Of a DNA stretch of 64,000 bases, positions 1 through 13,032 are shown piece by piece. The notes under the pieces are model-generated. The model made no database searches. It saw only the letters and a program-made list of their open reading frames with translations, and was not told where the DNA came from. Position 1 is the stretch's first letter, and every line of letters starts with the position of its first letter. Origin of the DNA: Octopus sinensis (Eukaryota); contig NC_043004.1 in the NCBI RefSeq assembly GCF_006345805.1, positions 55,862,001 to 55,926,000 on the forward strand, read 5' to 3'. Made by a program: the position numbers and the translations under genes.

Positions 1-829
1 AAACAAGTAAAAGAGTAAAAGAGTATATAATGAACTTCTTTCAATTTCTGTCAACCAAATCAACTCACAAGGCTTTGATCAGCCTGAGGCTATTGTAGAA
101 GACACTTCTTACCACACAGTCACATTGTATAAATACACTTTTCTTGTCATTGCTCTATGTACTATTCACCACTTGGTAATGTTACTTTAACTAAAGGGAC
201 ACACTGTACAGTAGTGAGGGTTCTTTAGTTGTACAGGGTAGAAGGCAACATCACTAGTACTGGTGCTGTGATTAAATTCCCCCAGTATACTCCATAAAGT
301 GGATGATAAAATAGGGCTGAGAGAAAACCCTTTAGTAATGTTCTGGACATGATAAACTCCATATGACTGGTGTCAAGATAATATGCTTCCAAGGCACTAA
401 ATAAAGTAGTGGTTAGGAAGAGTATCTAGTCATAGAAGTTACGCCAAAAGTGAAACTTATAAGCAAGATGTAGTCCTTTGACCAATCAATCAGGACAATG
501 GTTCTGAATAAGGACTGATGTTTTTGTTTTGTAGAACACCCAAAACCTTTTGCAATGGCGATCAGAAATATATATAATGCTTGCAACAAGGTAGGGCTTA
601 TTAAAGGTACTTAAGGGGGGTCGTGTTATTGGCTACTAGAAGAACATATGAAGGAACTTCTAGTATATCATTCTTTGACCCATTTGATACCAACCTGCTT
701 GAAAATAAACCTTGGTCCTCTGATACAAACTTTCTGTCTTAAGGTAACCGACATTAAAGGATTCCATAAAAATTTCATACTAATTGAGGTTCAAAACACC
801 AGCTTATAATGACAGACTCATCATCAACA

Positions 830-1000
830 TCATTCAATGTCCAGTCTCCATGCTGGCATGGGTTTCATGGTTTAACATGGAGCTGGATAGCAGGGAGCTG
901 TCCAGATTCCAACTGCCTGTTGTGGCATAGTTTCTACAGCTGGGTGCCCTTCCTAATGCCAACCACTTTACAGAGTGTACTGGGTGCTTTTTACAGGTCA
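830..1000 (-). mobile_element. Decayed RTE 3'-tail fragment
   Basis: Similar to the RTE 3' UTR (catgctggcatgggtt…tttctacagctgggtgcccttcctaatgccaaccac). Confidence 0.65.
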
Positions 1001-1483
1001 CTGTCACAGGTGCATTAATGCATGGCTGCTTTTTAAGTAGCAAAGGCACAAGTGCCTTTTTTAAGTGGCACCAGAACATGCAAAGACAAGCCTGTGTGTG
1101 TGTGAAAGGCAGTGATTTTAATTAGTTTGATGTGTCTTACCAAGTACAGCAAATCGCCACTTCCCCCGGGTCCCTTATCATTTCCTCTTTCTTTAGTGAT
1201 TCTGATAAATATTTAGAACAGCGGGACACTAGTCCCATTCAAATATTTAAAAAGAGGCACATGATGTGTGTATGTGTTTGTGTGTGTTGTGGGGGGAATG
1301 ACATAAGAAAACAAGGATAATAAACTACTGCACAAAATTAATTTCCGTTTGATTAACCTTTTAGCTTGCTGAACTATTCCGTTAAATATAATGCCTTTTT
1401 ATTCAAATTGTTTGAATTAATCATGCATTGTCTTATAACCTTGAGGTTTTGATGATGTGGTCGTTTATTTTTAGAATGTCAAT

Positions 1484-1775
1484 GCGCAGGAGTGGCTGTG
1501 TGGTAAGTAGCTTGCTTACCAACCACATGTATATATATATGTATGTGTGTGTATATGTTTGTGTGTCCGTGTTTGTCCCCCTCGCATTGCTTGACAACTG
1601 ATGCTGGTGTGTTTACGTCCCCGTAACTTAGCGGTTCGGCGAAAGAGACCAATAGAATAAGTACTAAGCTTACAAAGAATAAGTCCCGGGGTCGATTTGC
1701 TTGACTAAAGGCGGTGCTCCAGCATGGCCGCAGTCAAATGACTGAAACAAATAAAAGAGTAAAGAGTAAAGAGAG
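1484..1775 (+). mobile_element. tRNA-derived SINE family A, internally deleted
   Basis: Head gcgcaggagtggctgtgtggtaag joined to microsatellite and 3' body ending (aaagagt)n. Confidence 0.85.
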
Positions 1776-1969
1776 TAGGTTAGGTGTGAGAGGCCAAACA
1801 TGGCCAGTTTGAATATAAAGCATGTAGAATATTTGGGCCAGATATGGCTGGTTTAAATGCTAAGGAGTGAAGGCAATATGACAATTGTAAAACACCATTC
1901 TGTGAAAGGGAATGCCAAGACACAAAAACTTGAGGACCCCATGGAAGAAGATATAGAAATATCAATATT

Positions 1970-2072
1970 CACTCGCGGAGTGGTTGGCGTTAGGAAGGGC
2001 ATCCAGCTGTAGAAACACTGCCAGATCAGACTGGAGCCTGGTGCAGCCCGTGCTAGCGCAGAAAACGGACGT

Positions 2073-2120
<48 letters not shown>
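1970..2120 (+). mobile_element. RTE 3'-tail fragment with (GAT)n tail
   Basis: ggagtggttggcgttaggaagggcatccagctgtagaaac… then long (gat)n; same sequence as 14200-14360. Confidence 0.8.
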
Positions 2121-2123
<3 letters not shown>

Positions 2124-3072
2124 GTTGTTATAGAAGAGAGAAACTGAAGAAAGGTATTTCAATAGTTTTAGTATCAGAGCTATTGAGACATCAACAAGAG
2201 AGCATGATGTGTTAGTTATAGTTTTACATTGACTTTTAAATCCATTTTCTTAAGTTAGCATAAATGGGATGGTTTCATGAACTCAAATGTTTCAACATGG
2301 ATTTTTGCTTGAGTAATTCATATTTTAGTTAACAAGGTATATTCCCCAACACTGACATCCCACTATGGAGAAATGGTTGAGGGATTTCATGTTCTTTTAG
2401 TAAATATCGAAAGGTAGTTGAATCAAGTGAAATGTTGTACAACACTATTTGTGAAAGACACGTAGTACAAAAAAAAAATACCTTATACATCCATTTCATG
2501 TAAGCTGTATATATTTATATATACTAAACTTAAGACACCAGAAATAAGATATGTGAAATACTTCAAATAGTTAAGAACTATAAAAATAGTGAACTCGATC
2601 TCTTTATGTATGTGTCTGTATGTGAGTGCATGTGTGCGCATCTGTGTGTATACATACATACATAATTAACTACACACCTACATTAATGATTTTCTTTTTC
2701 AGTATAGATATACATTAAAACAGTCAAGCATTCAAACATTAACTGAAGTATTATTCACTACATTTAAGTTGAGCATCAATTTATTTTCACTGGGAAAAGA
2801 TTGATAGTACGTTTTAAGTTTCACTGTTCATTGCCTTCCTCAGAGTTTTATGAAACCAACAAACAGTGAAACTTTGAAATCAGTGTCAACATTTTCCTAG
2901 TAATATATACATAAGTATATATATATATATATATATATACATAGTGTAACATGGAACAGCCACTTTGATGTGGCAAGTAACTTTACTTGTTAGTATATAG
3001 TTACTACTCTGATCTCTTCTTGAGATTTTACAACTAGCTATTTTGTATGTGTGTATATATATATATATATTA

Positions 3073-3310
3073 TTGCAGTGTGGAAGATGTTTATAAGCCA
3101 TTTAAGAACACACAAAAACCGTTAGTTTCACTTTTCATCACGACCTGTTCACTGACAAAACTTTGGGCTAAAAGTTGTTTTGTCAGCGAACAGGTTGTGG
3201 TTTCAAAGCGCCGAAAATATTTTGACACAAATTAAATTTAAATGTTGAAGTGAAACTGACGGTTTTTTTGTGCGTTCTTAAATGGCTTACAAACATCTTC
3301 CATGCTGCAA
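3073..3310. repeat. Nested inverted repeat (outer ~60-bp arms, inner ~22-bp arms), probable fold-back retroelement fragment
   Basis: 3073-3133 pairs with 3248-3310; 3140-3161 pairs with 3177-3198; abuts (TA)n. Confidence 0.85.
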
Positions 3311-3668
3311 TTGATTTTGTTTCAGCACACGGTCTCAGTTCACTCAGTTGTAGAAATTAGTTGTGACGTCACAGGTGCCAAGCTGTATCTGTTGTTGCCT
3401 TTCCCTTGGATAACATCGGTTGTGTGGAGAGGGGAGGCTGGTATGCATGGGTGACTGCTGGTCTTCCATAAAACAACCTTGCCCAGACTTGTGCCTGGGA
3501 GGGTAACTCTCTAGGTGCAAACCCATGGTCAGTGTCTGACCGAAGGGGGTCACCATATACACACACACACCAACCCACCCACACAAATTCTTCAACCCAT
3601 GTCAGCATGGAAAACAGGCAATAAATGATAATAATGATTATGACACACACACATATGAAAATGAGTAC

Positions 3669-3739
3669 CAGCTGACTGGGGGGGGGGTGCAGCTCTCTCT
3701 CCTTGTAGCCCTTACGCTTGCTCATAACTACATAGGTAT
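3669..3739 (-). CDS. Candidate exon of an unidentified host gene (…YVV-MSKRKGYKERELHPPPSQL); possibly the start-codon exon
   Basis: Minus strand: pyrimidine-rich acceptor gtttttgtttaattattttag|ATACC…CAGCTG|gtactc donor; 71 nt, open frame, unique non-repeat sequence; protein not recognised. Confidence 0.45.
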
Positions 3740-3801
3740 CTAAAATAATTAAACAAAAACATAGTAGATGCTACCAGATCATTCTTCATTTATAAGTGAT
3801 A

Positions 3802-4206
3802 GCGCAGGAGTGGCTGTGTGGTAAGTAGCTTGAAAACTAGCCACATGGTTCTGGGTTCAGTCCCACTGCGTGGCATCTTGGGCAAGTGTCTTCTGCTATA
3901 GCCCCGGGCCGACCAATGCCTTGTGAGTGGATTTGGTAGACGGAAACTGAAAGAAGCCTGTCGTATATATGTATATATATATATGTGTGTGTGTGTTTGT
4001 GTGTCTGTGTTTGTCCCCCTAGCATTGCTTGACAACCGATGCTGGTGTGTTTACGTCCCCGTCACTTAGTGGTTTGGCAAAAGAGACTGATAGAATAAGT
4101 ACTGGGCTTACAAAGAATAAGTCCCGGGGTCGATATGCTTAACTAAAGGTGATGCTCCAGCATGGCCACAATCAAATGACTGAATTAGTAAAAGAGTAAA
4201 GAGTAA
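3802..4206 (+). mobile_element. SINE family A, full length
   Basis: A-box/B-box-like head (tggctgtgtggtaag…gggttcagtcc), ttgggcaagtgtctt core, internal (TA)/(TG), (aagagta)n tail. Confidence 0.9.
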
Positions 4207-4659
4207 ATAGCTGCAACACCACCACTGCTACCATCATCATCATTTTAACGTCAATTTCTCCATGCTTGCATGAATCAGAAGGCATTCATTGAAGCAAATT
4301 TTTTATATCTGGATGCACTTCCTGTTGCCAACCTTCACTTGTTTCCAAGGAAAGTAATACTTCTCCATGGCTGGATATATTTTCAAGGAACATGGGAAAT
4401 GAATAATACTACTTTTATGATGATGATAAGTATTATGTGATGCTAAGTTAAAGAGATACACACACACAAACACATAAATAGCAAGAGAGCGAGACCAAGC
4501 TTCTCTCAGTTTCTACCACAAAATCTACTCACAAGCCTATGGTGGCTTGAGGGTATACTGGAAGACACTTGCCCAAGGTGCTACATAACAAGACAAAATT
4601 CAAAACCATGTGGCTGGGAAGCAATTTTTTCAATCACAGAAATGTCTGTGTCTTATATT

Positions 4660-5055
4660 CTTTTATTTATTTCAATCATTTGACTTTGGCCATGCAGGAG
4701 CGCTGCCTTTTAGTCAAACAAATCCACTCCAGGACTTATTCTTTGTAAGCTTGGTACTTATTTTATTTGCCGAACCACTAAGTTATGGGGACATAAACAC
4801 ACCAACATTGGTCATCAAGCGATGGTGGGGAACAAACACAGGCATAAAGACACACACACATAAATATATAAATATACATATATATATATATATACGACAG
4901 GCTTCTTTCAGTTTCTGCCTACGAAATCCACTCAAAAGGCCTTGATCAGCCTGTGAGTATAGTAGAAGACACTTGCCCAAGGTGCCATGCAGTGGTACTG
5001 AACCCAGAACCATGTGGTTGGGAAGCAAGCCTCTTACCACACAGCTATGCCTGTA
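4660..5055 (-). mobile_element. SINE family A, older copy
   Basis: Diverged reverse complement of 3802-4206. Confidence 0.8.
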
Positions 5056-5392
5056 TCTATATATAGATATATATTTAGAAGGCTGATTGTTATGCCCAGT
5101 CTGAGAGTGGCCATTGGTATTGCACCTAAAAGGCACTTAGCTGTATAGGTGACTCAATAGACACAGATGGCTGGAGGCTCATAACCTCTGTACAACTGGA
5201 GGGAGGAAAACATCTGAGGAAACATGGAGAGGTTATATGCCCCTGGTCATTTGAGCCTCACAAATCACCTTTACAGGCACAAAAACCAATGTTCATTCTC
5301 TGACCAGCCAAAACAATCAACCTTCTAAATATATCCCTGCTCTAATATTTTAGACTGTGCTTCTTTTCAGATATATGAACTACTGACGATTT

Positions 5393-5395
5393 TAT

Positions 5396-5434
<39 letters not shown>

Positions 5435-5553
5435 AATATATATATATATATATTAATACATATAAATATAAATATATATATACATATATATATAAATATT
5501 ATATATATTATACATATAAATATATATTATATATATATAATATATAAATATAT

Positions 5554-5592
<39 letters not shown>

Positions 5593-5680
5593 AACATATA
5601 TTACATATATATATATATATATATACATATATATATACATACATATATATATATACATATATATATACTACACATATATA
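5393..5680. repeat. (TA)n-rich microsatellite
   Basis: Direct reading. Confidence 0.95.
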
Positions 5681-5681
5681 T

Positions 5682-6080
5682 ACTCTTTTACTCTTTTACT
5701 TGTTTCAGTCATTTGGACTGTGGCCATGCGGGAGCACCGCCTTTAGTTGAGCAAATCGACCCCGGGACTTATTCTTTGTAAGCCCAGTACTTATTCTATC
5801 GGTCTCTTTTGCCGAACCGCTAAGTGACGGGGACGTAAACATACCAGCATCGGTTGCCAAGCAATGCTAGGGGGACAAACACACACACACATATATATAT
5901 ATATATACATATATATGACAGGCTTCTTTCAGTTTCTGTCTACCAAATCCACTCACAAGGCATTGGTCGGCCCGGGGCTATAGCAGAAGACACTTGCCCA
6001 AGATGCCACGCAGTGGGACTGAACCCGGAACCATGTGGTTGGTAAGCAAGCTACTTACCACACAGCCACTCCTGCGCCTA
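5682..6080 (-). mobile_element. SINE family A, young copy
   Basis: Near-identical reverse complement of 36170-36640. Confidence 0.9.
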
Positions 6081-6202
6081 CATATATATAAACATATATA
6101 TATATACATACATACATATATACATATGTGTGTGTATGTATGTATGTATGAGTGAGTATACACACACACAAACACATGCATATACATACACATGCACACA
6201 TA

Positions 6203-6237
<35 letters not shown>

Positions 6238-6848
6238 CTACTTCACCATTGCTTTTACATAACTATGTAATCATATTTTTTGACAAGGGTCCAATTACAT
6301 TTGACCCAGATGTCAAAACTAGAAAGGGTTAATATTACTTTATGTAAAGAGACTAAAATATATAATCTTGATGAAAAGAGAAAAGAGCAAGGTGGAGGAG
6401 GAGGAAGAGTACACAGCAGGACGGAGTGACAGATGAAGAGAACCACATCAAAAACAAGATCTATAACAAATAACAATGAAGTGTTATTACATTACTGAAG
6501 GAAAAGTGAGATTTTCTTATATATATATATATATAATAGCCAAAGTTTTGTCTTGAGGTCATTGCGTATTTCATTACTTTTTGTGCAGGAGTGGCTGTGT
6601 GGTAAGTAGCTTGTTTACCAACCACATGGTTCTGGGTCCAGTCCCACTGCGTGGCACCTTGGGCAAGTGTCTTCTGCTATAGCCCCGGGTCGACCAATGC
6701 CTTGTGAGTGGATTTGGTAGACGGAAACTGAAAGAAGCCTGTCGTATATATGTATGTATATATATATATATATATATATAAGAATGAATGTTTTTATATA
6801 TAATGAACGTGAAATACAGGAAGGGACGAACACGGAACACAGACAAAT

Positions 6849-6994
6849 CATTCGAAGCCTTCAATCTTCAGTCAGACACCGAATCATCATAGCAAATTTC
6901 GGCTGTTCAATTCTGATATTTACTCCAACTCGGCCAGCCCCAAGAAAAAAAACTAAGCTGTAAGCATTAGATTTCTTGGTAGAAGACAGGAATG
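6849..6994 (-). ncRNA. Non-canonically ordered hammerhead-like ribozyme (copy C1)
   Basis: Minus strand GGCTG..CCGAGTT..GTAAAT-A-TCAGA..CAGCC-GAAATTTGC..GATTCGG..TCTGA-CTGAAGA; stems covary with the 62.8 and 63.2 kb copies. Confidence 0.6.
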
Positions 6995-7564
6995 TGAACG
7001 CACAAGACGGATGTGAATACAAGAGACGAAAACGAAATTGAAAACAGTAATGAATACAAAAATATAATAACGGTGGTTGTCATACGACTTTAGACCAAAT
7101 GAGACAAAACAACAACAACATAGCAGCTGGCGTAGAAATAATTACCGTTTCGGTAGCGGGGACACATGTTGGTCGAGATACGAAGGCCAACAGAATGGTT
7201 GAAGAAGCAGCAGGTCGCAGGAGAGAGAGAAAGAGAGACAGAGAGAGAGGGAATCAAAGAGGGTGGAAGGCAGGGGACAGAATCAGTGACCAAGAGAAAA
7301 GGAGAAAGAAGGGATTAAGGAGGATGGGAGGAAGAGGGGAGGAGGATGGGAGGAAGAGAGGGGAAGAATCGGAGGGCGCCAAAAAGTTTGGTGAAGAAGC
7401 AATGGCGGGTAGTAAAAGACAGTGTGTATAGAAGTCGTGCAGGGTTTAAAATTGGACAAACAAACGGGGGGGTGCATGTAACGCCGCAATAATATAAGAA
7501 TGAATGTTTTTATATATAATGAACGTGAAATACAGGAAGGGACGAACACGGAACACAGACAAAT

Positions 7565-7662
7565 CATTCGAAGCCTTCAATCTTCAGTCAGACACCGAAT
7601 CATCATAGCAAATTTCGGCTGTTCAATTCTGATATTTGCTCCAACTCGGCCAGCCCCAAGAA
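7565..7662 (-). ncRNA. Non-canonically ordered hammerhead-like ribozyme (copy C2, 5'-truncated)
   Basis: Repeat of C1; stem III AGCAAAT/ATTTGCT perfect. Confidence 0.55.
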
Positions 7663-7829
7663 TATATATATATATATATATGTGTATGTGTGTCTGTGTT
7701 TGTCCCCCTAGCATTGCTTGACAACCGATGCTGGTGTGTTTACGTCCCCGTCACTTAGCGGTTCGGCAAAAGAGACCGATAGAATAAGTACTGGGCTTAC
7801 AAAGAATACATGTGTGTGTGTATATATCT

Positions 7830-8009
7830 ATCATCATCATCATCATCGTCGTTTAACGTCCGTTCTCCATGCTAGCATGGGTTGGACGGTTCGACCGGGG
7901 TTCTGGGAAGCCAGAAGGCTGCACCAGGCTCCAGTCTAATTTGGCAATGTTTCTACAGCTGGATGCCCTTCCTAACGCCAACCACTCCGTGAGTGTAGTG
8001 GGTGCTTTT
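7830..8009 (-). mobile_element. RTE 3'-tail fragment
   Basis: (cat)n followed by reverse complement of the RTE 3' UTR. Confidence 0.8.
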
Positions 8010-8398
8010 TACTCTTTTACTCTTTCACTTGTTTCAGTCAGTTGACTGCGGCCATGCTGGAGCACCACCTTTAGTCGAGCAACTCGACCCCGGGACTTAT
8101 TCTTTGTAAGCCCAGTACTTATTCTATCGGTCTGTTTTGCCAAACCGCTAAGTGACGGGGACATAAACACACCAGCATCGGTTGTCAAGCAATGCTAGGG
8201 GGACAAACATGCACACATATATATATATATACATATATACGACGGGCTTCTTTCAGTTTCCGTCTACCAAATCCACTCACAAGGCTTTGGTCGGCCCGAG
8301 GCTATAGTAGAAGATACTTGCCCAAGGTGTCATGCAGTGGGACTGAACCCGGAACCATGTGGTTGGCAAGCAAGCTACTTACCACACAGCCACTCCTG

Positions 8399-8401
<3 letters not shown>
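8010..8401 (-). mobile_element. SINE family A
   Basis: Full-length reverse copy. Confidence 0.9.
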
Positions 8402-8450
<49 letters not shown>

Positions 8451-8798
8451 TGAAAGTATATCGACATCTATTTTTTTCTCTTTACACATGCTTATGTGAG
8501 TGTTTATGTGTTCAGAAGTATGTACATGTAACTGCACGCACACACACACAAACACACAGTAGAAAATGTATGCAAGCCTTTTATTTTATCTTCCACTAAA
8601 TTTAGAGAGAAACCGATATATTTTCTTCTATTTCCTTACGCCTACTTCGCTTAGTTTCAATCTCTTCCAATACATCCCCCCCCCACACCTCTGCTCTTTC
8701 TGTCTCTTCCATCTCCCTCTCTTTGTTTCTTCTAAAATTGATTTCCTGTAAGTAAATTTTTGTTTGACACAGCAATATTTATCTCTCACACTCTTCTC

Positions 8799-8834
<36 letters not shown>

Positions 8835-8848
8835 GCATATATACATAT

Positions 8849-8879
<31 letters not shown>

Positions 8880-8908
8880 CACATGTATATATAAATACAT
8901 ATATATAT

Positions 8909-8943
<35 letters not shown>

Positions 8944-10111
8944 CTATTGTGCAGTATAACTTTTTGGTTGCTAATGGAAATTAAATTAAACGTATAGCTG
9001 TAGGTAATAAGTTAATGCAAGCCCAGTAATATATGCTAATCATGTATTTCTACATAGAAGGACATATATGTAGATATGTTAGCTGTGTGGGTTAAGTTGC
9101 ATATCTTCAGAGCCAACCTCAAAGTGGATGTTACTACTAATAGTACTTTAGAGTCAAGATTGCGGGAGTTTTTACAGGATGCAGACGATTGCGTAAAGAA
9201 GTGCTGATCACTTAAACACTTAAAGTGGAGGAAAGTTGCAGAAGGGGGAGACTCAGGATGACAAGGGACAAAGAAAACACTGAACCTTACAGAGGAGATG
9301 ACTGAGGACTGAGATATGTGGTGCATTGCTGTACTTAAGACTTGCCCACCAACACAGAGTCAAGATCCTAAAACCAAAGTGCTATGTAAAAAGCGTTGAT
9401 GTGGGTGCTGGTGCCATGTTAAAAGCACTGATGAAGGCACCAAGTAAAAGGCACCCAGTTCACTGTGTGGAGTGATTGACATTAGGAGGGGCTTCCAGCT
9501 GTAGAAACCAACCCAAAACAGACTATGGAACCGGGTGAAGATCCTGGTCATACCAATTCCTGTCAAGCTGTCCAACCCATACCAGCATGGAAAACAGATG
9601 TTGATGATGATAATGATGATACACCCAACTGATATAGCACCTCATAGATAAGTGGTTAAACTTTGCCCAATAGGCTCTGTAGTTCTAGAGATGATGATGT
9701 TACAGTAATGCTAAAACCAATTAGGTGGAACCAGCAAAAGATTTTCATACATAATTACTGCAGATCTAAGATTCAGAGACTGGCATCATTGTCAATAATT
9801 TTCTTCTGAAATTCAAAGAAAATTATCTGAAGATAGAAATATTTTGACAAACAATTAACTAAAACATCACAGATTTCAGTGCTAAATAATTTGAATACAA
9901 AAATTGTATGACATAAAATTTTGGCTCCAGTACTTACACCTTATAAAATCTGGTTCTTATTCTGTTGGTCTCTTTTGCTGAACTGTTAAGTAGCAAAAAT
10001 GTAAACAACCACAACCCGACACTGGTTTTCAAGCAGTGATGCAGGACACACACACACACAAAGCTATATATATATATATATATATATATAGCAAGAGAGG
10101 GAGAGAGAAAG

Positions 10112-10146
<35 letters not shown>

Positions 10147-10731
10147 CAGACAGATATACAAGTTTCTTTCAGTTTTGTTCAACCGAATCTGTTCACAAGG
10201 CTATGGCTGGTGTGGGACTATAGGTGAAAAAACTTGTCGAAAGTGCTGCGTGGTGGGACTGAATCCCAAAAGCATGTGGTTGGGAAGCAAACCTCTTACA
10301 TTACTTCCATGCCAGTGCCTATAAAAAAACCACTAAAAATAAAATGAAATAAAAACTATTAAAAAGAAATCCACTTTAGCAAGAAGACCGATGATTTATA
10401 CTCGACAGAAATCAAACTACTAACTGTCAATTATGAAATATACCAACAAACAAACCAAGCACTGTGGATAGAAAAAGAAAGAAAAGTAAATCAAAGACAC
10501 AGAAAAAAAAACTGATGATGATGAAGTGGCAATTTAGATGGTTTAATTACATGTCAATGTATAAGCAAGACTTTTTTTTTATAATTCTTTTTGCTGAAAC
10601 ATTTAAAATAAAGTTATCTCAGCTGTTTCCTTTACACCTAAATTTCACTGCATCTTGTCCTCATATATGTATGTATATGGAGAAGCACACACACAAAATC
10701 TATCTATCTGTGTACATACATACATACATAC

Positions 10732-10829
10732 TTTCCATGCTAGCATGGGTTGGATGATTTTGACTGAGGGCTGGCCATCTGGTTCACCAGCCCTCAGTCA
10801 AAATCGTCCAACCCATGCTAGCATAGAAA
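10732..10829. repeat. Fold-back hairpin of RTE tail sequence (~43-bp arms, 12-nt loop)
   Basis: catgctagcatgggttggatgattttgactgagggctgg … ccagccctcagtcaaaatcgtccaacccatgctagcat. Confidence 0.85.
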
Positions 10830-11639
10830 ACGGACGTTAAACGATGATAGATAGATAGATAGATACATACATACATACATATATATACATACATACACAC
10901 AGACACACTATATTATGCTTACACATTTTCTGACTGATTGATAATAGATACATTTACATTTTAAGACGTCTGTTATTAAATGAATATAAAATTAAGGTAT
11001 ATGTGCGTATGAGTATTTCTTGGTAGTAACCTATAGAACATAAACTTAGGGCAAGGCAAAACTATGAACAAGTTTTGACTCTTTGTTATTATTTCATTTG
11101 ACTGATATACTGATATACTTTGGAATGGCATTAGCATCACACTTCAAACACTCTCTTTTCTATAAAGCTTACTTTTTGTGGCGAGAGGGAACAGCTGTGG
11201 TATTGCTCCAGTGAAATTTATGCTATAATAATAGAAGTTCATCCATCCATCTTCTCTGCCAACCACTCTTGGGAGAGTCATGGGAATAAAGTCCTCAGGT
11301 ACCTCCTCTATGGGGTACAATCAGAGGTCACATTCATTTCACTTTCCCAAGTGTAACCAACTGATAATCTGGTTATTATCCAACAATCTCATACTTGGTC
11401 TACCTGTTGGTCTCCTGCCAGTTGATTCACTTTGAAGTATATGTCTTGTGATACTTTCCTGAGACATTCTAATCAAATCTCCATAATAATGGAGCTGTGA
11501 ATCTGCTTGACCTGGTGAGACTCCTTGATCGCCAAACGACACATCCAGTTGAGTAATGTTACTCCAGAGGTCCTTCAGGGGAACGCCATTTCAGCCACTT
11601 GCATTTTTAATAGTGTTCTATTGGATATTAACCAACATT

Positions 11640-11846
11640 CTTTTATTTGTTTCAGTCATTTGACTGCGGCCATGCTGGAGCACCGCCTTTAGTCGAACAA
11701 ATCGACCATAGGACTTATTCTTTGTAAGCCTAGTACTTATTCTCTCGGTCTCTCTTGCAGAACTGCTAAGTGACGGGGACGTAAACACACCAGCATCGGT
11801 TATCAAGCGATGTTGGGGGTACAAACACAGACACACAAACATATAC

Positions 11847-11877
<31 letters not shown>

Positions 11878-12042
11878 CGACGGGCCTCTTTCAGTTTCCA
11901 TCTACCAAATCCACTCACAAGGCTTTGGTCAGCCTGAGGCTATAGTAGAAGACACTTGCTGAAGGTGCCACACAGTGGGACTGAACCTGGAACCATGTGG
12001 TTGGTAAGCAAGCTACTTACCATACAGCCACTCCTGTGCCTA
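11640..12042 (-). mobile_element. SINE family A
   Basis: Full-length reverse copy. Confidence 0.85.
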
Positions 12043-12998
12043 TAGCAACTCCTGACCATAAGTGAGGAAAGATATGAAAATTGAAATGAAGATAGCAAGT
12101 TTTTTTAAAAATTTTATTTATTTATTTATTTTTTTTTACCAAACTCTCCTCTTCTATGGATTGAATAGAGGCATTTGAGCTACTTGTGAACCATGCTTGA
12201 AAGACAGTGTCTTTTAAATTGCCTGAAGGTTTTTTTCTAAGTGAAGTAGTCCTTATACCTAGTCAATACTGAAAACTATGTATGGTTCCAATTTTATAGG
12301 CATTCAAACTGGGGGGATGTGGGAAGATGGATTTGAGTATCACACTAAATTTAGAGCCATATCTAATCTCTAATATCTTAAGACAGACATTCAACTTTGA
12401 AACTTTATACAAGCAGCTTACTTCAGGAATACATTACAAATAGATAAAGTCCTTGCCAACTATTTTCCAGGAAGTTTTAAAAATAAGAAAAAAAATTGAA
12501 ATGCAAGATTTTGGAGGATTTTGGCACTCTGTAAAACAGTTTTAGGTAATTAAGCCTATTACATCCTGAAATAGATATAGATGTCTATTATACAACCATA
12601 ATTTAGACATTGAAAATAAATATTTATAACTGGAATTATTAATCACTGAATAGTGGCCCAAGGCTGAAATGAAGTTTGTACTCTTTGGACAGTGAACAAA
12701 CCATGGGTCCTGTTTCCTTCCCTCTGTCTCCACCTCTACTATAGCCTAGTCAAGGGGGATCTAAGTCTGCAAGCTTCATGGTGACCCGTTAGTGCTAATG
12801 CTACAAGAAGAGCCAAAAAAAAAAAAAAAGCACCCGGTACACACAGTAAAATGGCTGGTATTATAAAGGGCATTGAGACGTAGAAACTATGTTAAAGCAG
12901 ATATTGAAGCATGATGTGGTTATTATTCCAGTCAGATCCTATCAAATTGTACAATCCATGCCAGCATGGAATGAGGGTGAAGAAATACAGACACATAT

Positions 12999-13032
<34 letters not shown>

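Larger units (their letters stand above)
6776..7662 (-). mobile_element. Non-autonomous Penelope-like/retrozyme-like element with 171-bp direct terminal repeats (period 716)
   Basis: 6776-6946 equals 7492-7662 (1 mismatch); each repeat carries hammerhead core boxes; inserted in (TA)n. Confidence 0.7.
6583..7808 (+). mobile_element. SINE family A split at its internal (TA)n by the 6776-7662 insertion
   Basis: Head 6583-6775; body resumes at ~7663 and is truncated at ~7808. Confidence 0.85.

Noticed and set aside
535-590. Plus-strand exon with good splice signals (…ttttgtag|…AAG|gtaggg)
   Set aside because: No partner plus-strand coding exons found; conflicts with the inferred minus-strand gene; may be chance
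2810-2850. CTGAGGA…GAAAC on minus as a hammerhead
   Set aside because: Stems I and II cannot be formed
3790-4035. Recurrent ORFs such as RQASFSFRLPNPLTR / YDRLLSVSVYQIHSQG
   Set aside because: Antisense translations of SINE family A
12140-12258. Minus-strand 40-codon open stretch GIRTTSLRKK…EEESL
   Set aside because: Poor polypyrimidine tract, phase incompatible with 3669-3739, no recognisable homology
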